Part shown: one piece after another, positions 46,446 through 57,081 of the stretch | Layout: each line of letters opens with the position of its first letter | Numbering within the stretch: position 1 is the first letter of the stretch | Assembly: GCA_964606485.1 (NCBI GenBank) | Contig: CAZSGP010000004.1 | Coordinates: forward strand, 92,365-156,364 | Length of the DNA stretch: 64,000 nt | Direction: 5' to 3' | From: an uncultured Planctomycetia bacterium | GTDB taxonomy: Bacteria; Omnitrophota; Gorgyraeia; 2-02-FULL-51-18 | Notes under the pieces: model-generated | The model's input: the letters and a program-made list of their open reading frames with translations, nothing else | Told to the model about the DNA's origin: nothing | Database searches by the model: none | Translations under genes and position numbers: made by a program

Positions 46446-47348
46446 CTAGACGGCTTCAACCTCGTGGATTTTATTCAGCTCGATATGCACTTTCCGGTCC
46501 GGGCGCCGGGTAATCATGTCCTTAAAACGAGCATTCCAGACAATATCTTCCGGCGTATACGAGAATCGGGCATTCACGGCTTCCCCCACCGTGTCATCAA
46601 CACCGGTCAGTGAGGCCAAAATTTCGATTTCAGCGTGCTGCATTTTCCCAGAGTCCATTCCGTAGAGAGGGCTCGATTCATCAATCGGGTGAACCGCCGT
46701 CCAGGTCAGTGCAAAAAGTGGTGAGCGGCTGCGCTCGAGTTTTAAATCATACAGGCGGCGAAATTTTTCACCCTCTTTTGTAAATTCGTTCTTAATGAGC
46801 ACCACATCCATGTGTGCTTCGACGATTTGGCTTAAACGTTTGTTGGCCACGCGAAAGATCAGCGATGCAACGCCGTCGTAAACGCCGATAATCGCCACAT
46901 TGCTAAAAATAACTCCAGCAGTGGGCTTTGAAAATCGCGCAAATAAAAGTCCGGTGATCATCGCCACGCTGAGAAGTCCGACAAACGCTTCCACGGTCAC
47001 AAGGAGATTGGGCACAAAAGCCAAGGGGCTGATGCGGCCGTACCCAATCGTCGCAAAAGTTTGGACGCTAAAGAAAAAGCAGTCCATGAAATGAAGAATG
47101 AGATTGTCGCGACGAATGCCCGAAAGCGCTGCTGGCCCACACAAAAAATAGGCAAAAGCGAAGAAGAGATTCACGGTTAAATACGTTCCGATCACAAGAC
47201 TAAAAAACTCCGTCCACGTCATCGAAAGTAAGCTGTGATACCCGTCCGTGCCGAAGCGCTTTTTATAGCCTTCGCGCGCAACGTTGAGTGTGCCGTCGCG
47301 GTTTAAAACGCGCCAGCTTTTGGGAGCGCTAGATCCGTTCGATGACAT
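46446..47348 (-). CDS. Inward-rectifier-type potassium channel (KirBac family)
   Basis: Two TM segments flank the pore helix with the selectivity filter TIGYG. A cytoplasmic Ig-like C-terminal domain follows. Confidence 0.8.
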   Translation of the reverse strand: MSSNGSSAPKSWRVLNRDGTLNVAREGYKKRFGTDGYHSLLSMTWTEFFSLVIGTYLTVNLFFAFAYFLCGPAALSGIRRDNLILHFMDCFFFSVQTFATIGYGRISPLAFVPNLLVTVEAFVGLLSVAMITGLLFARFSKPTAGVIFSNVAIIGVYDGVASLIFRVANKRLSQIVEAHMDVVLIKNEFTKEGEKFRRLYDLKLERSRSPLFALTWTAVHPIDESSPLYGMDSGKMQHAEIEILASLTGVDDTVGEAVNARFSYTPEDIVWNARFKDMITRRPDRKVHIELNKIHEVEAV

Positions 47349-47979
47349 CTTGAGCGGAATAGCGAACTTTTGGACTTGCAGCGTATTTATCAGTGGCAGA
47401 TCGATAGCCTGCCGCGCAGGACACGACCGTCGCGTACCCTTTCGAGGGCAGCCCTAAAATTTCATCGTATTGGGCCGGCACAATTCCCTCCATGGGGCAG
47501 GTGTCGACGCCGAGTAGGGCTGCGGCCGTCATAAAATTTCCAAGTGCGATGTAAACCTGCCGGGTTGCCCATTCATTCACATTGAATTGGCTCGGGTCCT
47601 TCGATAAAAATCCGAGCAGCACATTTTTGAAGCCGTCCAGTTTTTCGAGCGGCACGCCTTGAATTTTAGACATGCTCTGAATGTATTTTTCCGCGTCCTG
47701 GACGCCCGTGTTTTTTTTGATCGCAAAAACAACGTGATGCGAACAGTCTTCCGGTTGTTTTTGATTCCAAGAGGCAGCGACAAATTTCTTTTTGATGCCT
47801 GGGTCCGTCACCACAAAAAATTTCCAAGGCTGGAGACCAAACGAAGAGGGCGTTAGCACCAGCACTTCTTCGAGCGCTTTCCAAACATCCATTGGAATTT
47901 TTTTGGTGGGATCAAAAATCTTTGTGGCATAACGCCATTTCATTTGTTCGAGTAAACTTTTAGTTTCAATCACGGACAT
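47329..47979 (-). CDS. Nitroreductase-family NAD(P)H-dependent oxidoreductase
   Basis: 216 aa with the RYATKIFD and PSSFGLQPWKF blocks of the nitroreductase fold. Confidence 0.75.
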   Translation of the reverse strand: MSVIETKSLLEQMKWRYATKIFDPTKKIPMDVWKALEEVLVLTPSSFGLQPWKFFVVTDPGIKKKFVAASWNQKQPEDCSHHVVFAIKKNTGVQDAEKYIQSMSKIQGVPLEKLDGFKNVLLGFLSKDPSQFNVNEWATRQVYIALGNFMTAAALLGVDTCPMEGIVPAQYDEILGLPSKGYATVVSCAAGYRSATDKYAASPKVRYSAQDVIERI

Positions 47980-47991
47980 TGTTTTCTCCCT

Positions 47992-48864
47992 TTAATTTAA
48001 AAAAATAATTTTGATTGGGCTTGGATCGCTGCTCACTTCCAGTCGGTCTCCGTAACGAAAAGATAAGTTTTCGTGAGCGCCGTCTAAAAAAATCATCCCT
48101 TCCTGCATTTTCGAAATAAAAACAATTTTTTGACTGGGCTTAATCTGCCCTCCGGTCATTTGGTAACTCACGCCGTGCGCCGGGTAGAGTTCACGCGGGC
48201 GGTACTGCAAGAGCGCGGAATCGATGGGGTACACTTTGCCACCGGCAGATTTCGAACCGGCCGTCGAACCCGCGGCCGTGCTCACCCACACTCCGGAACT
48301 TCTCTGTTGCTCCGCTTGCCCGGCCAGTTCCACCGCGTAGTGACTCATGCCTGCGGGGCAGGCGTGAGAAACAAGAATGTCATTCAATACCGGGTGGCGG
48401 TAAACAGCGCCGTTTAATTTTAATTTCATGCGCCGCACTGCCTCAACCCGAAAACGTCCGTCTAAAAGAGACTGCAACGCCTTCTCAAAATGTTTCGAGT
48501 CGGTCGAACAAAAACGACCCACACTGTGACGCGTGTCGGAGTTCACACCCAAAATCATTTTCTTCCGGGTAAAACGCGCCGCATCTAAAAACGTGCCATC
48601 TCCTCCGAGCGAGAGCACGAGATCAAAGGCATTCTCATTAAAGGACTTTCCGCGATAGACGTGCTGAAACTGAATGCCAGATTTTTTTAAAATTTTTTCG
48701 ATCGCCACAAGCGAGTCATAGTGCGTGTCATGCGCATGACGAATGTGCAAGAGCCCGTTGTCATTTTCCTTTAACAGGCCTTTTAAATGCTTCGCTCGGT
48801 ATTTTTTAAAATACGTCTCGTAAGCACTTTTTTTATAAACAATGAGAACTTTTTTGATGTTCAT
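47992..48864 (-). CDS. nadK: NAD(+) kinase
   Basis: GGDGT motif (LSLGGDGTFL) and NE/D short motifs. Confidence 0.85.
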   Translation of the reverse strand: MNIKKVLIVYKKSAYETYFKKYRAKHLKGLLKENDNGLLHIRHAHDTHYDSLVAIEKILKKSGIQFQHVYRGKSFNENAFDLVLSLGGDGTFLDAARFTRKKMILGVNSDTRHSVGRFCSTDSKHFEKALQSLLDGRFRVEAVRRMKLKLNGAVYRHPVLNDILVSHACPAGMSHYAVELAGQAEQQRSSGVWVSTAAGSTAGSKSAGGKVYPIDSALLQYRPRELYPAHGVSYQMTGGQIKPSQKIVFISKMQEGMIFLDGAHENLSFRYGDRLEVSSDPSPIKIIFLN

Positions 48865-48893
48865 GGCGTGTTAAAGATTCTATTATACCAGCT

Positions 48894-50174
48894 ATGAAAG
48901 CGCCAAAGACAATCGAACTCACTGTCGAAAAGCTAGTGCTGGGCGGCCAGGGCTTGGCACGGCAGAACGACAAAACCTATCTGATTTGGAACGCGCTCCC
49001 GGGCGAGACCGTGAACGCGCTGATTTTATCCAAGCGCGGTGGGATTTTTGACTGCATGGCGGTTCAAGTTTTAAAACCCTCTCCGGAAAGGATCAAGGCC
49101 GCCGAGAAACACTCGCTCTCCTGCAGTCCTTGGCAAATCTTGTCGTTTGATTCTGAAATTGAGTGGAAAAAAAAGATCGCGCTCGAAGCTTACCGTCACA
49201 TCGGAAAACTCGACGTGGAGTCTCTTGAGATTTTGTCGGATCAGCATTTTTTTGGTTACCGCAATAAAATGGAATATAGCTTTGTCTCCGACAATGGCTT
49301 GTCGCTCGCTTTCTTCGAGCGCAGTTCGCATCACCGCGCACCGATTGCGCCGTGTCTTTTAGCGCGTCCTGAAATCAACGAAACCGCGGTGAAAGTGCTC
49401 GACTGGCTCAAAAAAGAAAAGTACCCCGAGCCCTGCCTTAAGAATTTGATTGTCCGTTCAGGGGAAGATAAAAAAACAGTGGCGGCTCTTCTCATTCAAG
49501 AGGATTTGGCCATCACCGCGTCTCCGGAACTCGATGAACACTTCACCGGATTTGAAATTTATTATTCGAATCCTAAAAGTCCCGCCGCAGTGCCACACAA
49601 AAAAATCTTAAGCCGCGGATCGTTGATGCTAAATTGGAAATTGCTAAGCGCCGACTTTCGCTTTGGCGCGTTTAGCTTTTTTCAGATCAATCCACCGGTT
49701 TTCCAAATGGCGCTTGAGGCGATGCTTCCTTTTACAAACCCAGAGGATGATATCGTCGATTTTTACGGAGGGGTCGGTGCCATCGGCTTGTCGCTTCACG
49801 GCCGTTACCGCTCGAGTCTCATTATTGATAGCTCTGCCGATGCCATTACCTGCGCCAAAGAAAATATCGAGTGGAATCAGTTTTCAAATTGCAAAGCCGT
49901 ACTCGCGCCCTCAGAGAAAATGATTTCAGAAATCACCAAAGACCGGCTCGTGATTCTTGACCCGCCGCGCGCGGGACTACACGAGGATGTCGTCAAAAAA
50001 ATTCTATTGGAGAAACCATCGCGCGTGATTTATTTGTCCTGCAATCCGGCGACCCATGCGCGGGATTTAAAATTGCTTACTCAAGGGTACTCACTGAAAC
50101 TTCTGAAACTGTTTAATTTCTTTCCGCGCACACCGCATATCGAAGCACTAGCGGTGCTGGATCATCTCTCGTAA
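48894..50174 (+). CDS. rlmD: 23S rRNA (uracil-5-)-methyltransferase RlmD/RumA family
   Basis: N-terminal TRAM domain, and a C-terminal SAM-MTase with DPPRAGL and the nucleophile Cys in YLSCNPAT. Confidence 0.85.
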   Translation: MKAPKTIELTVEKLVLGGQGLARQNDKTYLIWNALPGETVNALILSKRGGIFDCMAVQVLKPSPERIKAAEKHSLSCSPWQILSFDSEIEWKKKIALEAYRHIGKLDVESLEILSDQHFFGYRNKMEYSFVSDNGLSLAFFERSSHHRAPIAPCLLARPEINETAVKVLDWLKKEKYPEPCLKNLIVRSGEDKKTVAALLIQEDLAITASPELDEHFTGFEIYYSNPKSPAAVPHKKILSRGSLMLNWKLLSADFRFGAFSFFQINPPVFQMALEAMLPFTNPEDDIVDFYGGVGAIGLSLHGRYRSSLIIDSSADAITCAKENIEWNQFSNCKAVLAPSEKMISEITKDRLVILDPPRAGLHEDVVKKILLEKPSRVIYLSCNPATHARDLKLLTQGYSLKLLKLFNFFPRTPHIEALAVLDHLS

Positions 50175-51781
50175 AGCATGTCATGAACTTTGAATTTTTG
50201 CTCAAGCAAAGGATCTTCGGCTTTCGGTAGCGTGTCGATATAATCGCTCCACTCTTTTTCAATTGTCTTCGCGTCTTTTCCGAGAGCTTCCAGAAGCCAA
50301 TTGTAGTCATCGGACTGCCCAGATTTTTCGGAACTGATTCGTTTTAAATATTTTAAAAATGGAGCGTGGTAGTTTTTCATAAGAAATCCTACAAACCCCC
50401 AGCTTTGGGCGTAGCCTGAAAGCATGGCCTCACTGCAAATGCCGGGAAAACTTCCCATTTTAAAAACCGTAAGCTGAGACAGCGGCCAGAGTTCATTTTT
50501 AGCTTTAGTTTCTTTGAGCAAGTACAACCGTTCGTCGTTCGGTAGTCCCGCCGCAGTGGTTGACGCGTACTCGGCGGTTCCTTCTACAAACCAGGAGTTA
50601 CTGGCCACGATATTTTCCGCCTTTGCTTTCTGCGAACGCGCTTCTAAAAGCGACATGATGAACTGTTTCTTGTCTTCACTAGGCGCTTCGTTTTTCGCAT
50701 CAACGCTGGATTTAGAAAGATCCACCGACTGAAGTCCAAAATTATTGAACACGCCATGCGTAATTTCATGTCTCAGCGTCACGACCGCAATGTCCGAAAA
50801 AATAGAGCGGATGTAACTCAGTGCACGCTCTACTCTCTCCTTTATTTCTTGAGAGAGTCCCTGCACGCGCAGCGCATAACTAGCATTTTTGGACTTCTCC
50901 GCAGTCTGGGACATGCTGTCCGCAAATTTTTGTACGCCCGCCACGGCTTCGGTGATATAACCCGAAAACTGGTCTCCCATAAAATTCATCATAAATAGCG
51001 TTTTGGCTTGCGGATCAAAAAACCCGGGGCACATTTGCGCTGGCACACCGTGAACGGCTGCTTCCTTGGCGTACTCTTCGTATTGATCAAACGCCACGAC
51101 AAAAATTTGACCTTGGGGCGAGCGATCTTTGAAAAGTTCAAAAAATTCACTGTAAATTAACCCGCATTGATCCGTAATCATTTTTTTAATTTCCTTAAGA
51201 GACGCGCCGTCCGTGTCCGTAAACAAGGTTACAAAGCCAAGTTCCGTCGACTTCATTTTCGGGAATGCTGCGGCGATCTCTTCTTGTCGCTTTTGATCTT
51301 CAGCGGCGCGCATCACTTTAAAATCCAATTTTTCTATTTTTTTCCATGGAATGTCCTGGTAAGCAAAAGCTCCCCCGCCCAAGTCTTGCGCGATGACAAC
51401 GACATCTTTTTTGATGTCCGAAATTTTCCCGTCTATGATCTGACCGTTTTGAAGATGAACCACTGGATTATTTTTATAAATTTTAGCGGCGGCGGCTTTA
51501 TCGACAATCACCATGCCATCGCCTTCTAGTTTTTTCCCGGTGTCGATGGATTTGATTTCGCTTCGCTTGAGCGTCATCTCCATGCCTTCCCAAATCACGG
51601 TCACCGAGGTTTTGTTTTCGGATTTAATCTGGCAGCTCATGCCGTTGCCGTTTTTAAGATAAATGGTTGCCGCGGCTAGAGATTTTTTTGGAGAAGCCGC
51701 CAAGCAGACGCTTTGAAACATAAAAAGAGTGAGCATTGAAATGATTAAAAGATTCTTAGGCTTGCTCATTTGGGGGGGCAT
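50162..51781 (-). CDS. Secreted hypothetical protein with an HExxH motif (HEITH)
   Basis: Signal peptide; 539 aa; LRHEITHGVFNNF. Confidence 0.4.
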   Translation of the reverse strand: MPPQMSKPKNLLIISMLTLFMFQSVCLAASPKKSLAAATIYLKNGNGMSCQIKSENKTSVTVIWEGMEMTLKRSEIKSIDTGKKLEGDGMVIVDKAAAAKIYKNNPVVHLQNGQIIDGKISDIKKDVVVIAQDLGGGAFAYQDIPWKKIEKLDFKVMRAAEDQKRQEEIAAAFPKMKSTELGFVTLFTDTDGASLKEIKKMITDQCGLIYSEFFELFKDRSPQGQIFVVAFDQYEEYAKEAAVHGVPAQMCPGFFDPQAKTLFMMNFMGDQFSGYITEAVAGVQKFADSMSQTAEKSKNASYALRVQGLSQEIKERVERALSYIRSIFSDIAVVTLRHEITHGVFNNFGLQSVDLSKSSVDAKNEAPSEDKKQFIMSLLEARSQKAKAENIVASNSWFVEGTAEYASTTAAGLPNDERLYLLKETKAKNELWPLSQLTVFKMGSFPGICSEAMLSGYAQSWGFVGFLMKNYHAPFLKYLKRISSEKSGQSDDYNWLLEALGKDAKTIEKEWSDYIDTLPKAEDPLLEQKFKVHDMLYER

Positions 51782-51785
51782 CCTT

Positions 51786-52871
51786 TTATTTTAGACCCTT
51801 TTTTAGGTCGGCGCTTTGCGTCAAACTTCCATAATAAAATACCACTGCCGAGCGGCTGTGGGAATCTTCGGCTATTTCAAATTGTCTTTGAAAGTCCCTG
51901 GGAGCGCCTAGAAACGAATAAGCGCCGACAGCGATATTTACTTTTTTGAGATTCTTGAACTGTCGTTTCGCGTCTTGAATGTATTTTGTAAATTGTGTTT
52001 CATCCACGGAGTAACACATCAGCGTTACAAAATCGATGGTGCCGTTTCGGATCCAACTTTTCCAATCCTGAAACGCCTCGAGATTCGCCCGCGAGTACGG
52101 CATTAGCCCCGTCGTTGACACCTGAAGCTTAGGCTCGATAGCCCGCGCTTTTCGGATAAGAAGTTTTAAAAGTCCGGTGACTTGATCGCGTTTCCACTGC
52201 TGCCATATTGGGTTTTCTTTTTCAATTTTTTTGAGACGAGTTTCTTTAAGAAATCGTCCGGCGTTGGCTTCTCCGTATCCGTAATCCGGGTGCGTGTCCG
52301 GGTAACGAATATAATCAAATTGAATGCCGTCCAGCTCCGGGTAACGCGCCACGAGTTCCCCTACCACTTGGCAAAGTGCCGTTCGCACGCGCGAGTCTCC
52401 CGGCTCTAAAAAATATTGTTCATCCACGCGGTAACTTTTAAGACTGTCTTTCGGTTCTTGGTTTCGCGTGAGAATGCTGGGTCCATATTTTTTGAGAAGT
52501 GGGGCATTTTCGTTCTGGCTGAGGCTTAAGAGATTGAGCCATCCGTGTACCTGAATCCCAGAAGCATGCGCTTCTTGAATGAGCTCCGCTAGGGGGTCTT
52601 TTCCATTTCTTTGGAGGGCTTCTTGATAAAAAGAATCATCGGCAACTTTTGAAGGAAACCAGGATTGATTGGCGCGATAGACCTGAACAAAAAGCGTTCG
52701 AATCCGGGCTTCCTTCGAAAATCGGACGAGCTCTTTAATTTGATCGCTACTCGACAACACCGGAGGCTCTTCAATCATCGAAACAAAAAGTCCGCGAGGA
52801 CTCTCATTTTGCCGGGCCCAAACCGGCTGAGTCAGCGTGAGTGCGGCTAATAATAAAAGCGCCGCTTTCAT
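51786..52871 (-). CDS. Glycoside-hydrolase-like family 10 (GHL10/DUF187) putative lipoprotein
   Basis: TIM-barrel-like blocks GIQVHGWLN and DGIQFDYIRYPD. The start is taken at MKAALLLL (52871). Confidence 0.5.
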   Translation of the reverse strand: MKAALLLLAALTLTQPVWARQNESPRGLFVSMIEEPPVLSSSDQIKELVRFSKEARIRTLFVQVYRANQSWFPSKVADDSFYQEALQRNGKDPLAELIQEAHASGIQVHGWLNLLSLSQNENAPLLKKYGPSILTRNQEPKDSLKSYRVDEQYFLEPGDSRVRTALCQVVGELVARYPELDGIQFDYIRYPDTHPDYGYGEANAGRFLKETRLKKIEKENPIWQQWKRDQVTGLLKLLIRKARAIEPKLQVSTTGLMPYSRANLEAFQDWKSWIRNGTIDFVTLMCYSVDETQFTKYIQDAKRQFKNLKKVNIAVGAYSFLGAPRDFQRQFEIAEDSHSRSAVVFYYGSLTQSADLKKGLK

Positions 52872-52878
52872 CTTTTTC

Positions 52879-53490
52879 TTAATTCCCGTCCCCGCTTTCC
52901 TGCTCATCCATCATTTGCTTGAGACTATTCATATCGGGCATTTGAGGCATTTCCATTTTTTGGTATCCCGCCGGTACTTCAAACAGGGACTCTGGTTGCA
53001 GGCCATTCTGAATGTTGCGGTACTCCACGGTCCAAGACCCGTCCGTCGCGGCCGCTTTTAATATTTCGCCGTGCGAACCTGACCATTGATAAAGCGTTTG
53101 TTGATCACCCTTTTCGGTGTAGGTAATTAAAAATTTTTCTGCCTTCTGGCCATTCACCAATTCGGTTCCCACGGATTTACGTTCAATTTCTCCGCCTGTA
53201 TCTTTGGAAGTCTGCGCCATCATTTTTGGGTCAATCGGCTGCTCCATATACATATTTTGAGAAGGCATTAAAATATAGGCCACGCCCCGGTCCACTCTGG
53301 AAATAACAATGGATTCCCCGGCTTCCATTCTGGATTTTTGTGGTGCGGCGTAAAACTTCGCTTCAATGGTCTGCCCTTGAGTGCGGGTGATCATGTCGGC
53401 CGAAAATGTATCGGAGTTCCCCGCCGAGACCGGTCTTGCCACACTTAATAAAATCGTGATAAGACTCGCACAATAAAATAACCGTTTCAT
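52879..53490 (-). CDS. Secreted hypothetical protein (DUF4412-like)
   Basis: Start MKRLFYCASLITILLSVARPVSA; the ATG at 53490 overlaps the upstream stop. Confidence 0.4.
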   Translation of the reverse strand: MKRLFYCASLITILLSVARPVSAGNSDTFSADMITRTQGQTIEAKFYAAPQKSRMEAGESIVISRVDRGVAYILMPSQNMYMEQPIDPKMMAQTSKDTGGEIERKSVGTELVNGQKAEKFLITYTEKGDQQTLYQWSGSHGEILKAAATDGSWTVEYRNIQNGLQPESLFEVPAGYQKMEMPQMPDMNSLKQMMDEQESGDGN

Positions 53491-53744
53491 GAAATCTCCT
53501 TTAGATAGCGCACTTTCTGCTCGCGCGGCCATTGTTTAATTGCGGCCTCCCGCTTCAAGGCCTTGCTGCGACTTGCACATTCTTCCCGGTAAACGAGTCT
53601 CACCGGCAATCGACTGCGAACGTACTTGCTGCCCTTGCCTGATCGATGCTCTCGGACACGGCGTGCCACGTCGAGCGCTATCCCCGTGTAAAGCGATCCG
53701 TCGCGGCAGCGCAACATATAGATAAACCATCGGGGCTGAGCCAT
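53487..53744 (-). CDS. GIY-YIG domain nuclease-family small protein (UPF0213/YhbQ-like)
   Basis: 85 aa with WFIYMLRCRDGSLYTGIALDVARRVREH...KALKRE. Confidence 0.8.
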   Translation of the reverse strand: MAQPRWFIYMLRCRDGSLYTGIALDVARRVREHRSGKGSKYVRSRLPVRLVYREECASRSKALKREAAIKQWPREQKVRYLKEIS

Positions 53745-53795
53745 CGAAAAATTCTACCACTAAGGACTTCTTTGGACCTATGTGAGTTTTATGAG

Positions 53796-54332
53796 ATGAA
53801 GCGGTACAATAGCTCCATGAGAAAATTGGTGTTTATCACCTGTCTTTTAATGGGCACTTGTCTAACCGCGCACGCTGTCGATGTGGAAACACTTCGCCGC
53901 TCGATCGCGGCAAACGAAAAGCAAATTGCCCGCTTTGAAAAAGCCAAAGAAACACTTCAGGTAGAATCCGCCGAAGCCCAAAAATTAGATCAAAAAATTA
54001 AACGGCTCGAACTTGAGAATCAAACGCTTTTCCAACAACTACCCGCGGAAAATATTCCGAAAGAGGAAAAACCTTTTTCTCAATTAAAAGGATCGGACTG
54101 GCCCGCTCTTTCGTCCGAAGAGAAAGAAAGCTTTATCCGAAAGGTCAGCCAAAGTCTAGGCGAAAGGGGCATCATCGTTCTCAAACCCTTTTCGTTTTAC
54201 ATTGAGGAAATGGACCGCGTCATCCAACTAGAACCCCGGTTTGGGCCAGAGTACTTGAGCGGCATTTTTGTTTTCTGCGTGCATCGCAATGAACCCGAAC
54301 TTCGCGAAGCCCTTAAAAAAATAAGGCCCTGA
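53796..54332 (+). CDS. Secreted hypothetical coiled-coil protein
   Basis: The ATG at 53796 gives MKRYNSSMRKLVFITCLLMGTCLTAHA (signal peptide). The six-frame ORF start at 53646 is rejected. Confidence 0.45.
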   Translation: MKRYNSSMRKLVFITCLLMGTCLTAHAVDVETLRRSIAANEKQIARFEKAKETLQVESAEAQKLDQKIKRLELENQTLFQQLPAENIPKEEKPFSQLKGSDWPALSSEEKESFIRKVSQSLGERGIIVLKPFSFYIEEMDRVIQLEPRFGPEYLSGIFVFCVHRNEPELREALKKIRP

Positions 54333-54333
54333 T

Positions 54334-54996
54334 TTATTTTAGATTTCTAGGATTTTCCCAGTTGCCCCATTTCATATTTTTAGGTAAGTGGTCCTCCGGA
54401 GATTTATGCAGCGCAAGTCCTGGATTTTTCTGCCACTCATCCAACAAAAGATTGAGCTTTAAAACATTCACGCGGGTCTCCCCAAAAATTCCCCACTGAG
54501 GCTCTTCGGAAATAAAATCAATGATGCGATTTAGTTCCGTTTCCTCGATGTTTCGCACACGCGCAATCCGCGGAGCCTGATAACGCGCCGCAGCCATCGA
54601 AATGTGCGGGTCGAGGCCGCTGCCGGAAGTCGTCACAAGATCCACAGGAATCAAAGTGGTATTGGAAGGATCGGCGTCTTTCAAGGCTTTCACACGAGCC
54701 GCCGCGGCGTCTTTAAGCGCCGGATTCATCGGCCCAAGATTGGAGCCGGACGACGCGGCCGCGTTATAAGCCGGTGCCGTCGCCGAAAGCCGGCCCCAAA
54801 AATATTTGGGATCATCAAAATTTTGTCCAATGAGCTCCGAACCCACAATTTTTCCGTTTTGACGAATCAAACTTCCGTTGGCTTCATGACTAAATGCATA
54901 CTGCGCCAAGAACGTCACAACGAGCGGATACGCAACGCCGGTTAAGAGCGTCATCACAGCGAACAATAAAATAGCCGATCTTAATTCTTTAAACAT
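54334..54996 (-). CDS. kdpC: Potassium-transporting ATPase subunit C
   Basis: Single N-terminal TM with KdpC similarity; the C-terminal ~30 aa are an extension. Confidence 0.9.
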   Translation of the reverse strand: MFKELRSAILLFAVMTLLTGVAYPLVVTFLAQYAFSHEANGSLIRQNGKIVGSELIGQNFDDPKYFWGRLSATAPAYNAAASSGSNLGPMNPALKDAAAARVKALKDADPSNTTLIPVDLVTTSGSGLDPHISMAAARYQAPRIARVRNIEETELNRIIDFISEEPQWGIFGETRVNVLKLNLLLDEWQKNPGLALHKSPEDHLPKNMKWGNWENPRNLK

Positions 54997-55005
54997 GAGT
55001 CACCT

Positions 55006-57081
55006 TTAGTTTAAGTGGAATGCGACAAGCAACAAGTCGATTAGTTTTATCCCGATAAACGGTGAAACAATTCCACCGAGTCCGTAAATCAAAAGATTGT
55101 CGCGCAAGAGACGGCTCGCCTGCACGGGACGGTATTTCACGCCGCGAAGTGCGAGCGGAATTAAAAAGATAATAACGAGCGCATTAAAAATTACCGCCGA
55201 TAAAATGGCGCTTCTTGGGGTCGACAAGCCCATGATGTTGAGCTTTGAAAGCGCCGGGTACGTTCCCACAAACGCCGCGGGGATGATTGCAAAATATTTC
55301 GACACGTCGTTGGCGATGCTGAACGTGGTCAGCGACCCGCGCGTAATGAGAAGCTGTTTTCCGATTTCTACAATTTCGATGAGTTTGGTGGGGTTGGAAT
55401 CAAGATCCACCATATTTCCCGCTTCTTTGGCGGCTTGCGTTCCCGTGTTCATGGCAACGGCAACGTCTGCCTGCGCCAAAGCCGGCGCGTCGTTGGTCCC
55501 ATCACCTGTCATGGCGACAAGTCGTCCACCGGCCTGCATTTTTCGGATGTATTCTAATTTCGTCTCGGGAGTCGCTTTCGCCAAAAAATCATCCATACCC
55601 GCTTCGGCCGCGATTGCCGCAGCGGTGAGCGGATTGTCACCTGTGATCATCGTGGTTTTGATGCCCATCTGGCGAAGCTGAGCAAAACGCTCTTTGATAC
55701 CGCCCTTCACGATGTCTTTTAAGCGAATCACGCCCAACACATTTTTGCGTTCGGCGACCACGAGCGGCGTTTCCCCACTTCGCGCAATCTGATCGACTGC
55801 ATTCTTTAATTCCTCTGGAAAATAACCGCCGCTTGATTTCACATACGCTTCAATGGCGTCCGCAGCGCCTTTTCGAATATGTCTTCCGTCAGCCAAGTCG
55901 ACACCGCTCATGCGCGTCTGCGCGGTGAACGGCACGAAGGTAGCCCCCAGTTCGTGTACATTTCGTTCGCGAATTCCGTATTTTTCCTTGGCGAGCACCA
56001 CGACACTTCGACCTTCGGGTGTTTCGTCGGACAACGATGAAAGTTGCGCGGCGTCGGCCAAGAGTTCAGTTGTCGTTCCTTCCGCCGGAATAAAAGCAAC
56101 GGCTTGGCGATTCCCCAGCGTAATCGTTCCGGTTTTATCTAAAAGCAAAACATCCACGTCGCCCGCCGCTTCCACGGCTCGGCCGGAAGTCGCAATCACG
56201 TTCGCTTGAATCATACGGTCCATACCTGCAATGCCGATCGCAGGCAAAAGCCCGCCGATGGTTGTCGGGATCAGACACACGAGAAGTGCGACGAGCACCG
56301 TCACTGTGATGACCTGGCCGTGACCGGACGTCGTTACAGCGTACATTGAAAACGGCAGTAGTGTCGCAGCCGTTTTTAAGAAAACAATGGTGAAACCCGC
56401 AAGCAAGATGCTGAGAGCGATTTCATTCGGCGTTTTCTGTCGCTTAGCGCCTTCAACCATCGCGATCATACGGTCTAAAAATGTTTCTCCGGGATTAGAT
56501 GTGACGCGCACGACGAGCCAGTCCGACAGAACGCGCGTTCCTCCGGTCACCGCGTCTCGGTCTCCTCCGGCCTCTCGGATCACCGGAGCGCTTTCCCCTG
56601 TGATGGCGCTCTCATCAACAGACGCAACACCCTCGACAACTTGGCCATCCATCGGCACAAAGCTTCCCGCCTCAACAAGCATTACATCTCCTTTTTTAAG
56701 GAGCGCTGAGGAAATAATTTCAAATGCGGCTCCATATTTAGGAGCTTTAAGTTTTTTTGCCGGAGTGTCTTTGCGCGCTTTGCGTAAGTTTTGAGCTTGT
56801 GCTTTTCCACGACCTTCGGCAACGGCTTCCGAAAAATTGGCAAAGAGAAGCGTAAACCAAAGCCAGACCGTGATTGCCAAAATGAATCCGGCGGGCTCTT
56901 CAGCTTGGCCCGTCAATGCTTGAATATAAAGCCCAGTCGTCAACACCGAACCGACCCATACGACAAACATCACCGGATTTTTAATCTGGTGTCTGGGGTC
57001 GAGCTTTTTGAACGAGTCGATAATCGCCGGCCCTAAAATGGATGCGTCTAAAATAGATTTGGATTTGTGATGCGTGCTCAT
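55006..57081 (-). CDS. kdpB: Potassium-transporting ATPase subunit B (P-type ATPase)
   Basis: DKTGTIT phosphorylation motif, TGDN and [10 protein letters not shown]. Confidence 0.95.
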   Translation of the reverse strand: MSTHHKSKSILDASILGPAIIDSFKKLDPRHQIKNPVMFVVWVGSVLTTGLYIQALTGQAEEPAGFILAITVWLWFTLLFANFSEAVAEGRGKAQAQNLRKARKDTPAKKLKAPKYGAAFEIISSALLKKGDVMLVEAGSFVPMDGQVVEGVASVDESAITGESAPVIREAGGDRDAVTGGTRVLSDWLVVRVTSNPGETFLDRMIAMVEGAKRQKTPNEIALSILLAGFTIVFLKTAATLLPFSMYAVTTSGHGQVITVTVLVALLVCLIPTTIGGLLPAIGIAGMDRMIQANVIATSGRAVEAAGDVDVLLLDKTGTITLGNRQAVAFIPAEGTTTELLADAAQLSSLSDETPEGRSVVVLAKEKYGIRERNVHELGATFVPFTAQTRMSGVDLADGRHIRKGAADAIEAYVKSSGGYFPEELKNAVDQIARSGETPLVVAERKNVLGVIRLKDIVKGGIKERFAQLRQMGIKTTMITGDNPLTAAAIAAEAGMDDFLAKATPETKLEYIRKMQAGGRLVAMTGDGTNDAPALAQADVAVAMNTGTQAAKEAGNMVDLDSNPTKLIEIVEIGKQLLITRGSLTTFSIANDVSKYFAIIPAAFVGTYPALSKLNIMGLSTPRSAILSAVIFNALVIIFLIPLALRGVKYRPVQASRLLRDNLLIYGLGGIVSPFIGIKLIDLLLVAFHLN

